In this document: in pieces, positions 1-12,340 of the stretch
How the letters are laid out: every line of letters begins with the position of its first letter
Position numbering within the stretch: the first letter of the stretch is position 1
Assembly (NCBI RefSeq): GCF_009914755.1
Contig: NC_060930.1
DNA: 64,000 bases
Origin: the human T2T-CHM13v2.0 reference genome, Homo sapiens
Reading direction: 5' to 3' (one strand)
The notes under the pieces: generated by a model
The model's input: the letters and a program-made list of their open reading frames with translations, nothing else
Told to the model about the DNA's origin: nothing
Databases searched by the model: none
Translations under genes and position numbers: made by a program

Positions 1-464
1 GGGAAGTGGAGTCATTGGTGGATGAGGCAACTTCCAATCACCATCTCGATTTTTATTTCCCTAACTTTTAAGATTATTTTCTATAGAAAATCAGTAGTGC
101 TGAAGTTGGAGTCATTTAATTGATTTGTGCCAACCTAGGGAAGCATTTACTCTCGAGAAAAGTTTGGTAACCATTAATCTTACCTTAGCAACATTTCAGT
201 TTAAGCTTATCTCTGACTTTCCAAAGACAACTAAAGATTTCTACAGTCTCTCTTATAACTGATCCATTTTTTCAAAAGATGTCCCTTTGGGAAGGAATTC
301 TCATTTTTAGAATTTTAGTCCAGAGGAAGTATTTTTTTTTCAGATAGGTGAAATAGAATAAGCAGAAAATTCTTATTTTTTACTGTTTTATATACCATTG
401 ATGCCTGCTTATTTTAAAACAAAACACAATAAAAACATGATACCATCTGATGAGTTGCTTTGGT

Positions 465-469
<5 letters not shown>

Positions 470-502
<33 letters not shown>
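470..502 (+). repeat. Poly(T)33 tract
   Basis: Uninterrupted T run followed by AG. Confidence 0.95.
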
Positions 503-504
<2 letters not shown>

Positions 505-1844
505 TTTATACAAGTTTCTTATTAGGTCAGCAAATTGTAAAACACATAATTTGCCAAGGCTTTTGAAGCCAGCAGATACTGGGTGAAGTTGCTGTATGAA
601 TATAATAATAAGAACCGTTTTTGTTCAGCTTGATGAAAAAACTATTCATGTTCTAAATGAAAATGTGAAGATCATCTAATTCTGACAGAAAACCACCTGT
701 GGACATGGTCTTGTTTCTTTTTATTTCTTCTGTTTTCTACAAAAGATGGCAATATTTATTTAAAGTGCTTTAACAGGATATCCCAGTTAAAGCTTTGACA
801 GACTGTTTATAGTTCACTTCTGCCCAGGGGCAATTAAAGGCACATTACAGGATAAGCGAGATGACTCCCCGGCCACAGGAGGAGGATGTGTGGGTAGGAT
901 TATTAATGTTGAAATGAATTATGATAGAGTGACATGTCTGCAAGAGCACCATGGGTTAGTAACTTAACAAGAATTCATATGCAGAAACCCATAATTCTCA
1001 GCAGTTCTTTAGGGTAAATGAAACTAAAGTTTAGGGAGAGAGAACAAGGAGAATTTGCAAAGATATGTATGACAGTATTTAAAAATGTTCTTCCAGCACA
1101 AAGACATTAATCTTCCTTTGTCAAAATAATTCTTTCTGCATGAAAAGTTGGCATGGGGCTCCCAGGCTTCAGGTAAGATGGGAGAAAGGGAGCGTTTCTT
1201 TTTTTTTGTACCAAAGTACTCAATCTTCTGATCTTCCTTGACTTTCACGACATAGGCATATGTCTACTCTGACCAGTTTGTTTCATTTATTGTGGTAAGA
1301 TGTGCTTGTCTTGTGCTTTCCTGGTGCAGAAAAGGAGCTGCCTCGCTCATGCTTGGTGGCCTTTTTGTTCCTACACACAGTGGTTCTCGTACATGGTGGC
1401 TACCACATCCTGGTGTTTGTCTATACTGGGAGAATCAGGCGTTCCAAGTCATCTTGGCTGCCCTAGCTCTGAGCTTCAGGGGATATATGACTCAGAAATG
1501 CTATGCTTTCTGGAATTTGGATATTTCATTTTTATTTGTTTCTTGGTAAATTCTCTTTTGACTTAGGAGAAGCTAACTATTTGGAAAGGTCTCTCAGAAC
1601 TCTAATTACAAATATATGGTACCTTCTTTATATTGATCTCATTTTTAAATACCTAGTCCTGGAGGAAGAGCTAAATATGAATACAGTGATGAGCTGTGTA
1701 GGGGATCTCACAGGAACACAGTCAGATTTCAAGTTGAAAATAGATTCAGTTGATAATACTTAGTACTAGATTCTCCTGAATCGACTTTGGGAATTCTGAG
1801 TCAACCTAAGGACTATATTACAAAGGATCAGACCTTGACTTTTA

Positions 1845-2135
1845 GGCCAGGTGTAGTGGCTCATGCCTGTAATCCCAGCACTTTAGGAAGCCAAGGCAAG
1901 TGGATCACTTCAGTCCAGGAGGTTGAGACCAGCCTGTGCAACACAGCGAGACCCTGTCTCTACCAAAAATACAAAAATTAGCCAGGTGTAGTGTAGCACC
2001 TGCCTGTAGTCTGAGCTACTGAGGAGGCTGAGGTTGGAGAATCAACTTTAACCCCGGATATGGAGGCTGCAGTGAGCTGTGATCATGCCAGCCTGGGCAA
2101 GGAGCAAGACCCTCTCTCAAAAACGAAAACAAAAA
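1845..2135 (+). mobile_element. Alu (J-like)
   Basis: Dimeric Alu with TSD-like CTTGACTTTTA on both sides. Confidence 0.9.
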
Positions 2136-2237
2136 AGACACAGAACTTGACTTTTAACAGGAGGCATAGTAATAGCAAGCATAAGATTGTTTTAACATAG
2201 CATTTAAGATAATTTACGCATTTAGAAAATTAATTCT

Positions 2238-2545
2238 GGCTGGTTGTAGTAGCTTATCCTTAATCCTAACCCTATGAGAGGCCAAGGCAGGAAGATCACC
2301 TGAGGCCAGGAGTTTGAGACCAGCCTAGGCAACATAGCGAGACCCCCGCTCTCTACAAAAAATTTTTTTTAAAAAACATAGCTGGGCATGGTGACACACT
2401 CCTGTAGTCCCAGCTACTCAGGAGGCTGAGGCGGGAGGCTTGCTTGAGGCCAGGAGTTTGAGGGAGCTGTGATCACGCCCCTGCACTCCAGCCTGGGCAA
2501 CAGAATGAGGCCCTATATCTAAAAAAAAGAAAAATGGACAAGAAA
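2238..2545 (+). mobile_element. Alu (J-like)
   Basis: Dimeric Alu with A-rich tail. Confidence 0.9.
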
Positions 2546-3699
2546 ATTCTATATTGATTGAAGCCCAGCTAAATAGAAAAAAAAAAATTCTAATAGGCCA
2601 TTTTAAAGACTTTGGAAAAATTCTTAGCTAGAGTAAAACAGAAGCAATCCTTTCTTTCCTGGTTCTCACATCTCCATTCTCACCTTCATTCCCCTTCCCC
2701 TCCATTTGTTTCAAGTATTTTTCTTTTCTATGTGTGTCTTTATGTAAATTTAAATTTACCTACAAGATATTATGATATTAAGATATTTCATTCTGCTTCC
2801 TGTTTTGTCACTTGTTCTTTAAGATCCAAGTCCTTGGCTCCATGTGCATCTAATCCTTGCCATAAGCCCTGCATCGTACTTCATATTCACCATATTGAAC
2901 TATTCACCCTCAAGTAGTCACTATTAAATGTCACACTGTTGTAGCGACTACAAATGCAAGCTCAGTAACTGAAAAGATAACATTAAATTTTGTTTTTTAA
3001 TTGGTTTCCTGTGTCAATTTCATGTTTCGGGAATTTGTATGGACAGATAGACACCAGAGAGATATGCGTATTTCACCTGCATGCTTGAGGCTAGAGAAAC
3101 ATGATTTATTCAGAACTATTTCAAATACTGTAACTAACCTGGTAATTTTGTTTAGGAAAACATTAAATTCGGAATAGAAGGCAATTCAGAATACCTGTCT
3201 GTTATCTTTGTCTTGTCATTTTTGAGATACTCAGTTCCTGGAAAATATTATGATAATCCATCTTGCTATGTAGTATTTCAAGTTATATGTTGAGCCTCTG
3301 AGCTTGCAGAGTGAACATTTCTATTCATAGACAGTGCTGTTGACATCAGTGGGGAGATGGCACAAGCTTTGTGCCCTAGGAAAGTTTAAAAGCTAGAACA
3401 TTACACTGCAAACCCTATGTCAGGAAACTTTGTTGCAGCAACTAGGCAAGGAAACCCTACCACTGTACCCATACCTTGTTTTAGTAGAATTATGTTTCTT
3501 TGCTAAGAAGTCTGGTGACTCTCACACCCCATCTCAGCACTTTCCTGGATTCCAAGGCCCTGGTGCCCTGAGCACACAACTTCCCAGGTTCCTTTTATTG
3601 TTTCTGATAAGAACTCGAATTAGAGGCAGCGTCTGGTACTCACCAGGGGTGTGGTCCCATGGGTGACATTCTTGCTCCATCATTTCTTACCCAGGTAAC

Positions 3700-3870
3700 C
3701 TTGAGTATGGCGCCTAAATCCTCTCTTCCTTTCAAATTGCCTGGTCTGTAAAATGGATGCAGTGAATGGTAGCTATGCCACAGGTGTTTTGTGTGAGAAT
3801 TAAATGAGAGGAGTTATATCAATAACACTTAGAGGCATGCGGTGCCTATAGTGAGGGCTTGTTTTATGTT
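3700..3870. mobile_element. MIR fragment
   Basis: Core-like CTGTAAAATGG...GAATTAAATGAG. Confidence 0.6.
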
Positions 3871-4434
3871 GTCGTTTAACCCTTTCTTTCTCAGCCCTCC
3901 CCCACTCCACATCCCCTCCCACTGGCAATGTACAAATTGCAGCTTCCTGCCTCTTTCCTGCTATCTCGCTCCCTGGATGACATCCCTGCGTTTCCACCTC
4001 TCTCTCCCCTAATCTTAGCTGTTTTCACCCTTTCCCCACAGCATTGCCTTGACAGTTCCTCAGTGTCCCATCCCCTCTTCCCATGGACAACACCACAAAC
4101 CTGCGCACACGGCCTGTTATTATTCCTCCTGTTTCACCTGTGTCCATTCTGTCTCATAAAGGACACTGTAGGCTCTGAACAGCTAAGGCCTTTCTTATTC
4201 TTTTGTCCCATGGAAAATAATCCCTCCAGATAGCAATACCAGGAATAGTGCCTTTTCTAACCCACTGGTTTCCTTTTGAGCTTACAGCCACCAAATCTTA
4301 TATCTGTTTGTTTCTGTTCCCCTCTCTGCATTGACTGCTAGAGAGATCAGAGTCAAGCAGGAGGTTACATCTAGCTGGGGCACTGTGCTTTATGCTGGTG
4401 TTTCGTGTGCAAATCTCATACCATCTTCATGTTA

Positions 4435-4919
4435 CAGTTGTTCCTTAGTGTCCATGGGGGATTTGTTTCAGAACCCGCAAGGACACCAAAGTCCAGGGAT
4501 GCTCAAGTCCCTGATATAAAATAGCATTGTGTTTGCATATAATCTACACACATCTTACCATATAATTTTTTTTATTATTTGTATACATTCGTGGGGTACA
4601 AGTGTAATTTTGTTACATGGATGTATTGCATAGTGGTCAAAGTCGAGGCTGTGAGTGTATTTATCGTTGGAATAATGTACATTGTACCCGTTCATTCCTG
4701 TATACTTTAAGTCATCTCTAGATTACTTATAATAGCTAATACAATGTAAATGCTATGGAAATAGTTGTTATATTGTTAGGGGATAATGACAAGGAAAACA
4801 CCTATACATGTTCAATACACAGCAATTATTTTTTTCTGAATATTTTTGATCTGCCATTGATTGAATCTATGGATGTGGAACCCACAGATATGGGACCCAC
4901 AGATGCAGAGGGCCAACTG
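4435..4919. mobile_element. MER2 (Tigger-derived) interrupted by an L1 3'-end fragment (~4565-4690, minus strand)
   Basis: CAGTTG...CAACTG termini and MER2-type body. The internal T-rich GGGGTACAAGTGTAATTTTGTTACATG segment is L1MA-like. Confidence 0.75.
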
Positions 4920-5079
4920 TGTTTATTTTTTCCAAATTTGTTTCCCTGTTATGACTCTTCTTTATACACATTTTTAAACTCTGTTGTCTTGTATTTCTTT
5001 TCTAATCATCTTACGTCCTTTTGGAAACCAAGTGGGGCATAAATAGTACATGTTTGCATTTGAGGCAACACAGAGGCAT

Positions 5080-5290
5080 CGCAGGAGCTGGAGACAGCAA
5101 AGTTCAAAGCCAGTCCACCACTTACCTACAGAGTGGCCTTGGGCAAGTTACCTCCATTTTCTGTCTCCATTCTCGAGCCTGTCTAGAGAGAGAATGAACC
5201 TGCCTCCCGAGGTGATGGTGCTGTTTTAATGAAATAATGCATGTGAAATGTGAAGTGCCACTGTCCCTGGCATGGAGATGCTGTCCTTAG
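5080..5290. mobile_element. MIR fragment
   Basis: CCTTGGGCAAGTTAC core motif. Confidence 0.6.
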
Positions 5291-5344
5291 ATATTAGGTC
5301 CATCTTGTATCTTCTAGTGTATCTTTAAAAATTAAACTATACTG

Positions 5345-5629
5345 GCTTCATGCCTGTAATCTCAGCACTTTGGGAGGCCAAGACCGGCAGATCACTTGAG
5401 TCCAGGAGTTCAAGACCAACCTGGGCAACATGGTGAAACCCTGTCTCTACAGAAAATACAAAAATTAGTGGGGCTTGGTGGCACGTGCCTGTAGTCCCAG
5501 CTGCTTGGGTAGCTGAGGTAGGAGGATCACTTGAGCCCAGGAGGCTGAGGCTACAGTGAGCTGTGATTGCACCAATACCGATCAGCCTGGTATGACAGAG
5601 CATGACTCTGTCTCAAAAAAAAAAAGGAA
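5345..5629 (+). mobile_element. Alu (J-like) with an 18-bp TSD; donor of the inverted copy at 11306
   Basis: TSD AAAAATTAAACTATACTG at 5327-5344 and 5630-5647, at a TT/AAAA site. Confidence 0.93.
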
Positions 5630-6109
5630 AAAAATTAAACTATACTGATAAATATTTCTAAAGTAATTGATGAAAACATATATATGACACTTAGCAGGTA
5701 TTGATCAATTCCAGTGCGTGCATGAGCTGCTTTGCACTGTGGCTACGGCACTCAGCAGTTTGCTTAGTGAGTAGATGGCCATAGCTCACTTTAGGTATCT
5801 GGAGAATAATGCTCATTCCTGTCTCCAGCTTTGTAAAATTGCCTAATAGACGGAAGGCATTAAAATATGAAGATGGGATTATATCTTATGAAGCTGCTTG
5901 GAATGGGTTTTCCCTCTTAACAAATAATTTCTGATCATCCATATCCCTTAAGAACACCGGATTTCTGGGGGCCAGGGAGGTAAGATTCTATCTGACAAAG
6001 CCTTCCTGGTGTCAACCACTTGCCATCTGTTGGTCAGTGCTGGCCCTGCTGGGTCTATAGAATGAGCTTCTTTGTCTGACGCTCCTGTTGCCATCCCTTT
6101 CTCCATCAG

Positions 6110-6226
6110 CCTTGTAGCAGTACCTGGGAACCTGCATCCTGTGGAAAGATGGAGGAGCAGATGACATCTTCCAGTCAAGCTCGTAAATACGTGAATGCAT
6201 TCTCAGCCCGGACGCTGGTCATGTGA
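6110..6226 (+). CDS. MYB: MYB terminal coding exon (c-Myb C-terminal 38 aa plus stop)
   Basis: Translates in phase 0 as PCSSTWEPASCGKMEEQMTSSSQARKYVNAFSARTLVM*, recognised as the human c-Myb C-terminus. TGA at 6224-6226. Missing from the ORF track because it is a short spliced exon. Confidence 0.97.
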   Translation, partial: PCSSTWEPASCGKMEEQMTSSSQARKYVNAFSARTLVM

Positions 6227-6879
6227 GACATTTCCAGAAAAGCATTATGGTTTTCAGAACACTTCAAGTTGACTTGGGATATATCATTCCTCAACATGAA
6301 ACTTTTCATGAATGGGAGAAGAACCTATTTTTGTTGTGGTACAACAGTTGAGAGCAGCACCAAGTGCATTTAGTTGAATGAAGTCTTCTTGGATTTCACC
6401 CAACTAAAAGGATTTTTAAAAATAAATAACAGTCTTACCTAAATTATTAGGTAATGAATTGTAGCCAGTTGTTAATATCTTAATGCAGATTTTTTTAAAA
6501 AAAACATAAAATGATTTATCTGTATTTTAAAGGATCCAACAGATCAGTATTTTTTCCTGTGATGGGTTTTTTGAAATTTGACACATTAAAAGGTACTCCA
6601 GTATTTCACTTTTCTCGATCACTAAACATATGCATATATTTTTAAAAATCAGTAAAAGCATTACTCTAAGTGTAGACTTAATACCATGTGACATTTAATC
6701 CAGATTGTAAATGCTCATTTATGGTTAATGACATTGAAGGTACATTTATTGTACCAAACCATTTTATGAGTTTTCTGTTAGCTTGCTTTAAAAATTATTA
6801 CTGTAAGAAATAGTTTTATAAAAAATTATATTTTTATTCAGTAATTTAATTTTGTAAATGCCAAATGAAAAACGTTTTT

Positions 6880-6914
6880 TGCTGCTATGGTCTTAGCCTG
6901 TAGACATGCTGCTA
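6880..6914 (+). promoter_or_regulatory. Two miR-15/16-family 8mer seed sites
   Basis: TGCTGCTA at 6880-6887 and 6907-6914. MYB is an established miR-15a/16 target. Confidence 0.85.
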
Positions 6915-7054
6915 GTATCAGAGGGGCAGTAGAGCTTGGACAGAAAGAAAAGAAACTTGGTGTTAGGTAATTGACTATGCACTAGTATTTCAGACTTTTT
7001 AATTTTATATATATATACATTTTTTTTCCTTCTGCAATACATTTGAAAACTTGT

Positions 7055-7200
7055 TTGGGAGACTCTGCATTTTTTATTGTGGTTTTTTTGTTATTGTTGG
7101 TTTATACAAGCATGCGTTGCACTTCTTTTTTGGGAGATGTGTGTTGTTGATGTTCTATGTTTTGTTTTGAGTGTAGCCTGACTGTTTTATAATTTGGGAG
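7055..7200 (+). promoter_or_regulatory. Cluster of miR-150 seed sites
   Basis: TTGGGAGA at 7055-7062 and 7130-7137, TTGGGAG at 7194-7200, plus TGGGAGA at 6313-6319. MYB is an established miR-150 target. Confidence 0.88.
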
Positions 7201-7391
7201 TTCTGCATTTGATCCGCATCCCCTGTGGTTTCTAAGTGTATGGTCTCAGAACTGTTGCATGGATCCTGTGTTTGCAACTGGGGAGACAGAAACTGTGGTT
7301 GATAGCCAGTCACTGCCTTAAGAACATTTGATGCAAGATGGCCAGCACTGAACTTTTGAGATATGACGGTGTACTTACTGCCTTGTAGCAA

Positions 7392-7445
7392 AATAAAGAT
7401 GTGCCCTTATTTTACCTACTTTTGTTTTCTCTCTTATTTGTCACT
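7392..7445 (+). terminator. MYB distal poly(A) signal with downstream U/GU-rich element
   Basis: AATAAA at 7392-7397, followed by TTTTGTTTTCTCTCTTATTTGT. Confidence 0.88.
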
Positions 7446-7629
7446 ATGGACAACAGTTACACTTTAAAGAAAATGGAGCAGACTCAAGGCACTTTCCTCT
7501 AATAATTGCACACCATATGCACTTCGTGTGAAGAAGCCAGGAATCATTACAATGGAAAAGAAAGAACAAGCAAACTGAGTTAAATAGTTCACAAACAATC
7601 ACATGGACAATGGGGAGGAATCTTCCAGA

Positions 7630-7990
7630 ATGCATCAGTCAGGGTCTAGCGGCATTTGAGTGCGGATGCTGTAAGGGGAATTCGTTCACAAATGTACTGA
7701 TACCACAGATGTGGGCAGGGGCTAGGAGAGCAACAGGGTGCAGGCCTGAAGGCACCTGGAAGGCCGCCTGGAGGGGGACAGTCAGGAAAGCAGGAGCCCT
7801 TGAGAGGAGCACTAGCCTTTGATGAGACCACTGCCATCGAAGGAGACCTCACAGGGAGGGAGCCAAGGGTAAACCCTAACTTTGTTTCCCCATTTCTCCT
7901 ATCTCTGCCTAGGGGTCCTCACTGGCAGAACCAACCAGAAGCTGGAGGACAAGGGAGCTCCCATATGGGAGCCGGCCTGTGAGCCTTCAA
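7630..7990. mobile_element. Old ERVL/MaLR-type LTR fragment
   Basis: Begins TGCATCAGTCAGGGT and contains CACTGGCAGAACCAACCAGAAGC. Family uncertain. Confidence 0.4.
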
Positions 7991-9119
7991 GGGTATGCGG
8001 AGTCGTTTGTTCAAAATAGCCCCATTTCACAGATGAATCTCTACTGGCTCCATCTTCAGCTTAGTGTTCTCTTCACTATGCTGTAATATCCCTTTTAACA
8101 TAAATTCCTTTAAATTTCCTTTACTCACTCTGTTCCAATTCTGAATTCTCATGGGCATGATACACTTGGTGTTCATAGAGCCAAGGATTTGTTACGCCTA
8201 ATTACTAGTTTTTGAGTCAATTTGGTGGACTTTTACTGTCCTGCTGATAGATGACGTGACACGTCTTCCCAGTGTTGGGAAGCTCTTTATATTCATGCCC
8301 TCTCCGAGTATTTTTCCAAGCGCTGACTCTGCCACTTACTAGCAGTTTGAACTTAGACAAGTCACTCACATCTCTGAGCCTTTTTTCCTTATCTGGGCAA
8401 TGAGTTCTTTCCCACAGTGAAACTTTTATTAAGTAATGCACTATACAAATGTTTGTTATTATGTACACTTTCCACAGTCCAGTGATGCTTGCTGTGTAGT
8501 GTGTTGAATGCCCATCTTGCTGATAATGTGCACTGCCAATTACACAGTTATATTGAGAGGTCACTTAATTATTAATGACAAGAGTGAACTCAACATCTTA
8601 CAGAACTGAAATAGATATTTATATTTCCAACACGCTTGTAACCCAATAACTAGAGACTAAAAACCTAACTTCATGAAAAGGAGTGTAAATTTAGCTGTTA
8701 TGGTCAAATACTCACACAGCACACCCAGTTCACAAGCATCTCCAAAACGTTGATTGTTCTGATCAATTTTGAAAATCATCCTGCTCTCTACAGCAGGAAT
8801 TCAGGTAGTACAAGTGAAAACAGTATTATATACTACTTAAATGAAAGGCTGCCCTTGTGAGTTACTGTGTGTGAAGTTGCTTCTGCGTATGTCCATCCAG
8901 AGAACAGGAGAGACACTGAGAAGACTGATGTGTCCCCGACCTCTAGATGGGACTGAAAATTCAAGATAAGAGAGATGCCCAGGGATAAACTTCCTTCTTT
9001 CTTTAGAAATTATACAATATTAGAACTGAAAGGGACATTAGATATCATCAGGGCTTCCCATAAGGGGCTCACTGTCTTGCTTTATTGAAAGAAAATCAGT
9101 TTTGAAGCCAGACCAATCT

Positions 9120-9267
<148 letters not shown>

Positions 9268-9905
9268 TGAATTCAGACCCTACCCTTTACCAGCTGTGTG
9301 ACTTTGTATGTTTTACTTAATCTCTCAAAGCTTTATTTTACTTATATTTTAATTATACTGGAGATAAAAATGCATTTCAAGTCAAGGTTGTTATTGTGAA
9401 GATTCTGCAAGTAAATACATTCTTGCATCTCTGTAAAATGTTGCCGTGCCTGTTGATTAGATAAGTCACCATGATGACTTATGATCAATTAGAGAAAAAT
9501 GTCTGTTACCCAGCGATGGGAAAGTGAATACCTCCGAGACCCATGTCCCCAATTGTGTGTTAAAACTATTCTATGTTAAAAACTTACTTTAAAACTCAAT
9601 TATATCTTCTCAAAATATTACTAATCATTCTAACATATTTTAGTTAATATGTTTCTCCTTGTACAAATATATATGTGGGAAGTAGAGGGCATATTTTTCC
9701 TTAAGCTTGCTGCTTTCTAATCCAAAAAAAATGTGATGTGCAGGTCTATTACACTCCACTTAAAATACTTACAACTTTGGGGCTTATTTTTCTCCTTTGA
9801 ACCATTACTATTATAAAAATCAATTCTTCCTTAGTCACCAAGTCCTCATCCTTGAGGAAAGGAAGTCAGCTAAAATACAAATCTCTTTGTAAAAGTAAAG
9901 TTTAG

Positions 9906-10002
9906 CGACTTGGGAGGCTGAGGTGGGAGGATCCCTTGAGCCCAGGAGTTTGAGACCAGCCTGGACAACACAGAGAGACCCCATCTCTGAAAATAAATAA
10001 AT
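9906..10002 (+). mobile_element. 5'-truncated Alu monomer (FLAM-like)
   Basis: TSD AAAAGTAAAGTTTA on both sides. Confidence 0.85.
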
Positions 10003-10157
10003 TTCAAAAGTAAAGTTTACTTATATACAATTATACCTAGTAACTTTGCTCCCTATAGCAAAAGGAAGCTAAACTATAAATCTTATGGAACTTGTTAGTG
10101 TTCTGGTAATAAACAGTTAATAATTTTTTAAAATTAATATTCAGTGAAAATAATCTT

Positions 10158-10464
10158 GGCCAGGTGCGGTGGCTCATGCCTGTAATCTCAGCACTTTGGG
10201 AGGCTGAGGCAGGTGGATCACCTGAGGTCGGGAGTTCGAGACCAGCCTGGCTGGCCAACATGGCAAAACCCCATCTCCATTAAAAGTACAAAAATTAGTG
10301 GGGTGTGATGGTGCGTGCCTGTAATCCCAGCTACTTGGGAGGATGAGGAACAAGAATCACTTGAACCTGTGAGGCGGAGGTTGCAGTGAGCTAAGATTGC
10401 ACCACTGCACTCCAGCATGGGCGACAGAGGAATGCTCCATCTCAAAAAAAAGAAAGAAAAGAAA
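10158..10464 (+). mobile_element. Alu (S-like)
   Basis: Full dimer with TSD-like TAATCTTG. Confidence 0.92.
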
Positions 10465-10939
10465 GTAATCTTGATGCTAATATGGAAATGAAAGAGGTGG
10501 TTTGATATTTGTCTTTACACTATATTTCTTTAATTCAACTAGTACATGTCGAGGCTCTATTTTGTGCCAGGTGCTGTGTCAGAAGTTGGGGTTAGAGCTC
10601 AGAACAACATAGATCAAAGTCCCTGCCCTCTGTGAGCTTATGTTCAGATGGGAGATACAGATGAGTAAAGGTTACTACAATATAATCAGAATAGGGATAA
10701 CGGAGACCACGTAGAGCACCAGATCAAGACGTGGAGGAAGAAGACAGGTTTCCTACAGAACTGACACCTAGGCAGGACTGACAGATAAAGTCAGGCAAAA
10801 GTTGGAAAGGACAGTAGAGTAAGATGTGACATCTTAAACTTGCTGAATAAAAACACCCAAATATAACAAGTTATCTTTAAATTCATGATGATATATTGTA
10901 TTTGGACATTCAGGCAGTTCTACTACCTGAGTATATCTA

Positions 10940-12340
10940 GTTAGTAAATTTTTTCCCCATGCTCCAAACAACAGTTTCACACCCCTTTCTCTCAAACTCT
11001 CCATCCCGTTTCTACCCAGTCCCCGCAGATAACTTTGACTCATACACGAATGAGAAAAGAGAAGCCGTCAAGAGCCACACCTGCATGCCTACTCTGTCTC
11101 TTGTTAGCATGGGTGAGCATGCCCAGCTGCAGTCATGGACTGGCCCATCCATCTGGCCTCTGCAAGCCATTCCTCTGTATCCTCAGGGGTTTCATCTTGT
11201 GAATACTCTCTCTCTCCCCGACATCATCATTGTCTTCCTCTCTCCCAATTATTCCCTCACATTAACATGGTCTACAACTTCCAGCAGGAAAGACAATGTT
11301 CCCTCATCAGTATAGTTTAATTTTTTTTCTTTTCTTTTTTCTTTTTTTTTGGGGGAGTGGGGACAGAGTCATGCTCTGTCATACCAGGCTAATCAGTATT
11401 GGCACAATCAGGGTTCACTGCAGCCTCAGCCTCCTGGGCTCATGTGATCCTCCTACCTCAGCTTCCCAAGTAGCTGGGACTACAGGCACGTGCCCCCAAG
11501 CCCCACTAATTTTCGTACTTTCTGTAGAGACAAGGTTTCACCATGTTGCCCAGGCTGGTCTCAAACTCTTGGACTCAAGTGGACAATATCCCCTTATATA
11601 CCCCATCATACCACCCCATTTATCTGCTCCTCAGCAAAACTGCTTAAGGGAATTCTGTATGGCAGGTCCCCACTTCCCCAGGTTGCCTCCCCTCTGCCCA
11701 CTCCACATGAACTTTCATTGCCCCCACTCCTCCATGCCTGCCTCTTCAATGTCACCAGTGACCTCCACTTCGCCAAATGCTGTAGTCACTTCTTGGGCCT
11801 CATTTTACTTTACTTATTGGCAGCAGTCAACAGAGTTGACACCCCCTCTTTCTCTAACCATTTTTCTCTCTTGGCTTCAGGCATGACTCTCTTGGTTTTC
11901 CTGCTTCTCACTGGTTCCCTCTGTTTGCTGCTCCTCCTCACTTTGGGCCTCAAGTGGCCCTTTCCTCCTTCTCTCTCCATCATTCTTCCTAAAGGATTTC
12001 ATCAGTGCTGTGGCTTTAAATACCATCTCTTCACCCCTGAGCCCACTCTGAAATTCTAGACTCCTGCAGCCTATTCCATGTTAACATCTTCCCCATATAA
12101 GCATCTTAGATTAAGTATGAACAAAACAGAACTCATAATCATTTAAATGCTTTTTTCTCATTAGCAGTAATTGGCCCTTGTATCTTAATTTCTTCATTTC
12201 TCAAGCCAAAAATTTGTCATCCTTGGTTTCTCTCTTTACCTTATTACCCTCCTTACACTCAAATGCTCAGAAAGACCTGAATATTCTATCTGCAAAATGT
12301 ATCTTAAATGTGTCTGCTTTTTCTATTACCTGTAATAATC
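10940..12340. mobile_element. L2 fragment hosting the inverted Alu copy
   Basis: Pyrimidine-rich L2-type sequence, e.g. GTCACCAGTGACCTCCAC and TGGCTTTAAATACCATCT. Confidence 0.7.
11306..11581 (-). mobile_element. Inverted copy of 5393-5649 (Alu plus its 3' flank)
   Basis: About 91% identical by hand count over ~220 nt of Alu body, shares private variants and carries TTAAACTATACTGAT. Degenerate 16-bp TSD at 11292-11307 and 11582-11597. Confidence 0.9.

Larger units (their letters stand above)
1..6109 (+). other. MYB: Distal part of the last MYB intron
   Basis: Ends in a branch-point-like CTGAC (6076-6080), a pyrimidine tract and CAG (6107-6109) directly before the MYB C-terminal codons. Confidence 0.93.
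6241..7317 (+). promoter_or_regulatory. Further miRNA seed matches (miR-155, miR-200b/c/429, miR-130/301, miR-34)
   Basis: AGCATTA 6241 and 6657; CAGTATT 6545 and 6599; TTGCACT 7117; CACTGCC 7311. Seed matches only. Confidence 0.6.
6227..7420 (+). other. MYB: MYB 3'UTR (AU-rich; end approximate)
   Basis: Follows the stop codon, has six ATTTA pentamers (6368, 6514, 6693, 6717, 6744, 6844) and ends ~20 nt after AATAAA. Confidence 0.9.

Noticed and set aside
5948-6200. Minus-strand ORFs overlapping the MYB exon
   Set aside because: Short shadow frames antisense to the true exon, with no independent support.
11296-12059. Longest ORFs in the track (196 aa and 189 aa)
   Set aside because: They are antisense-Alu and L2-derived translations with typical Alu peptide text and no domain or splice context.
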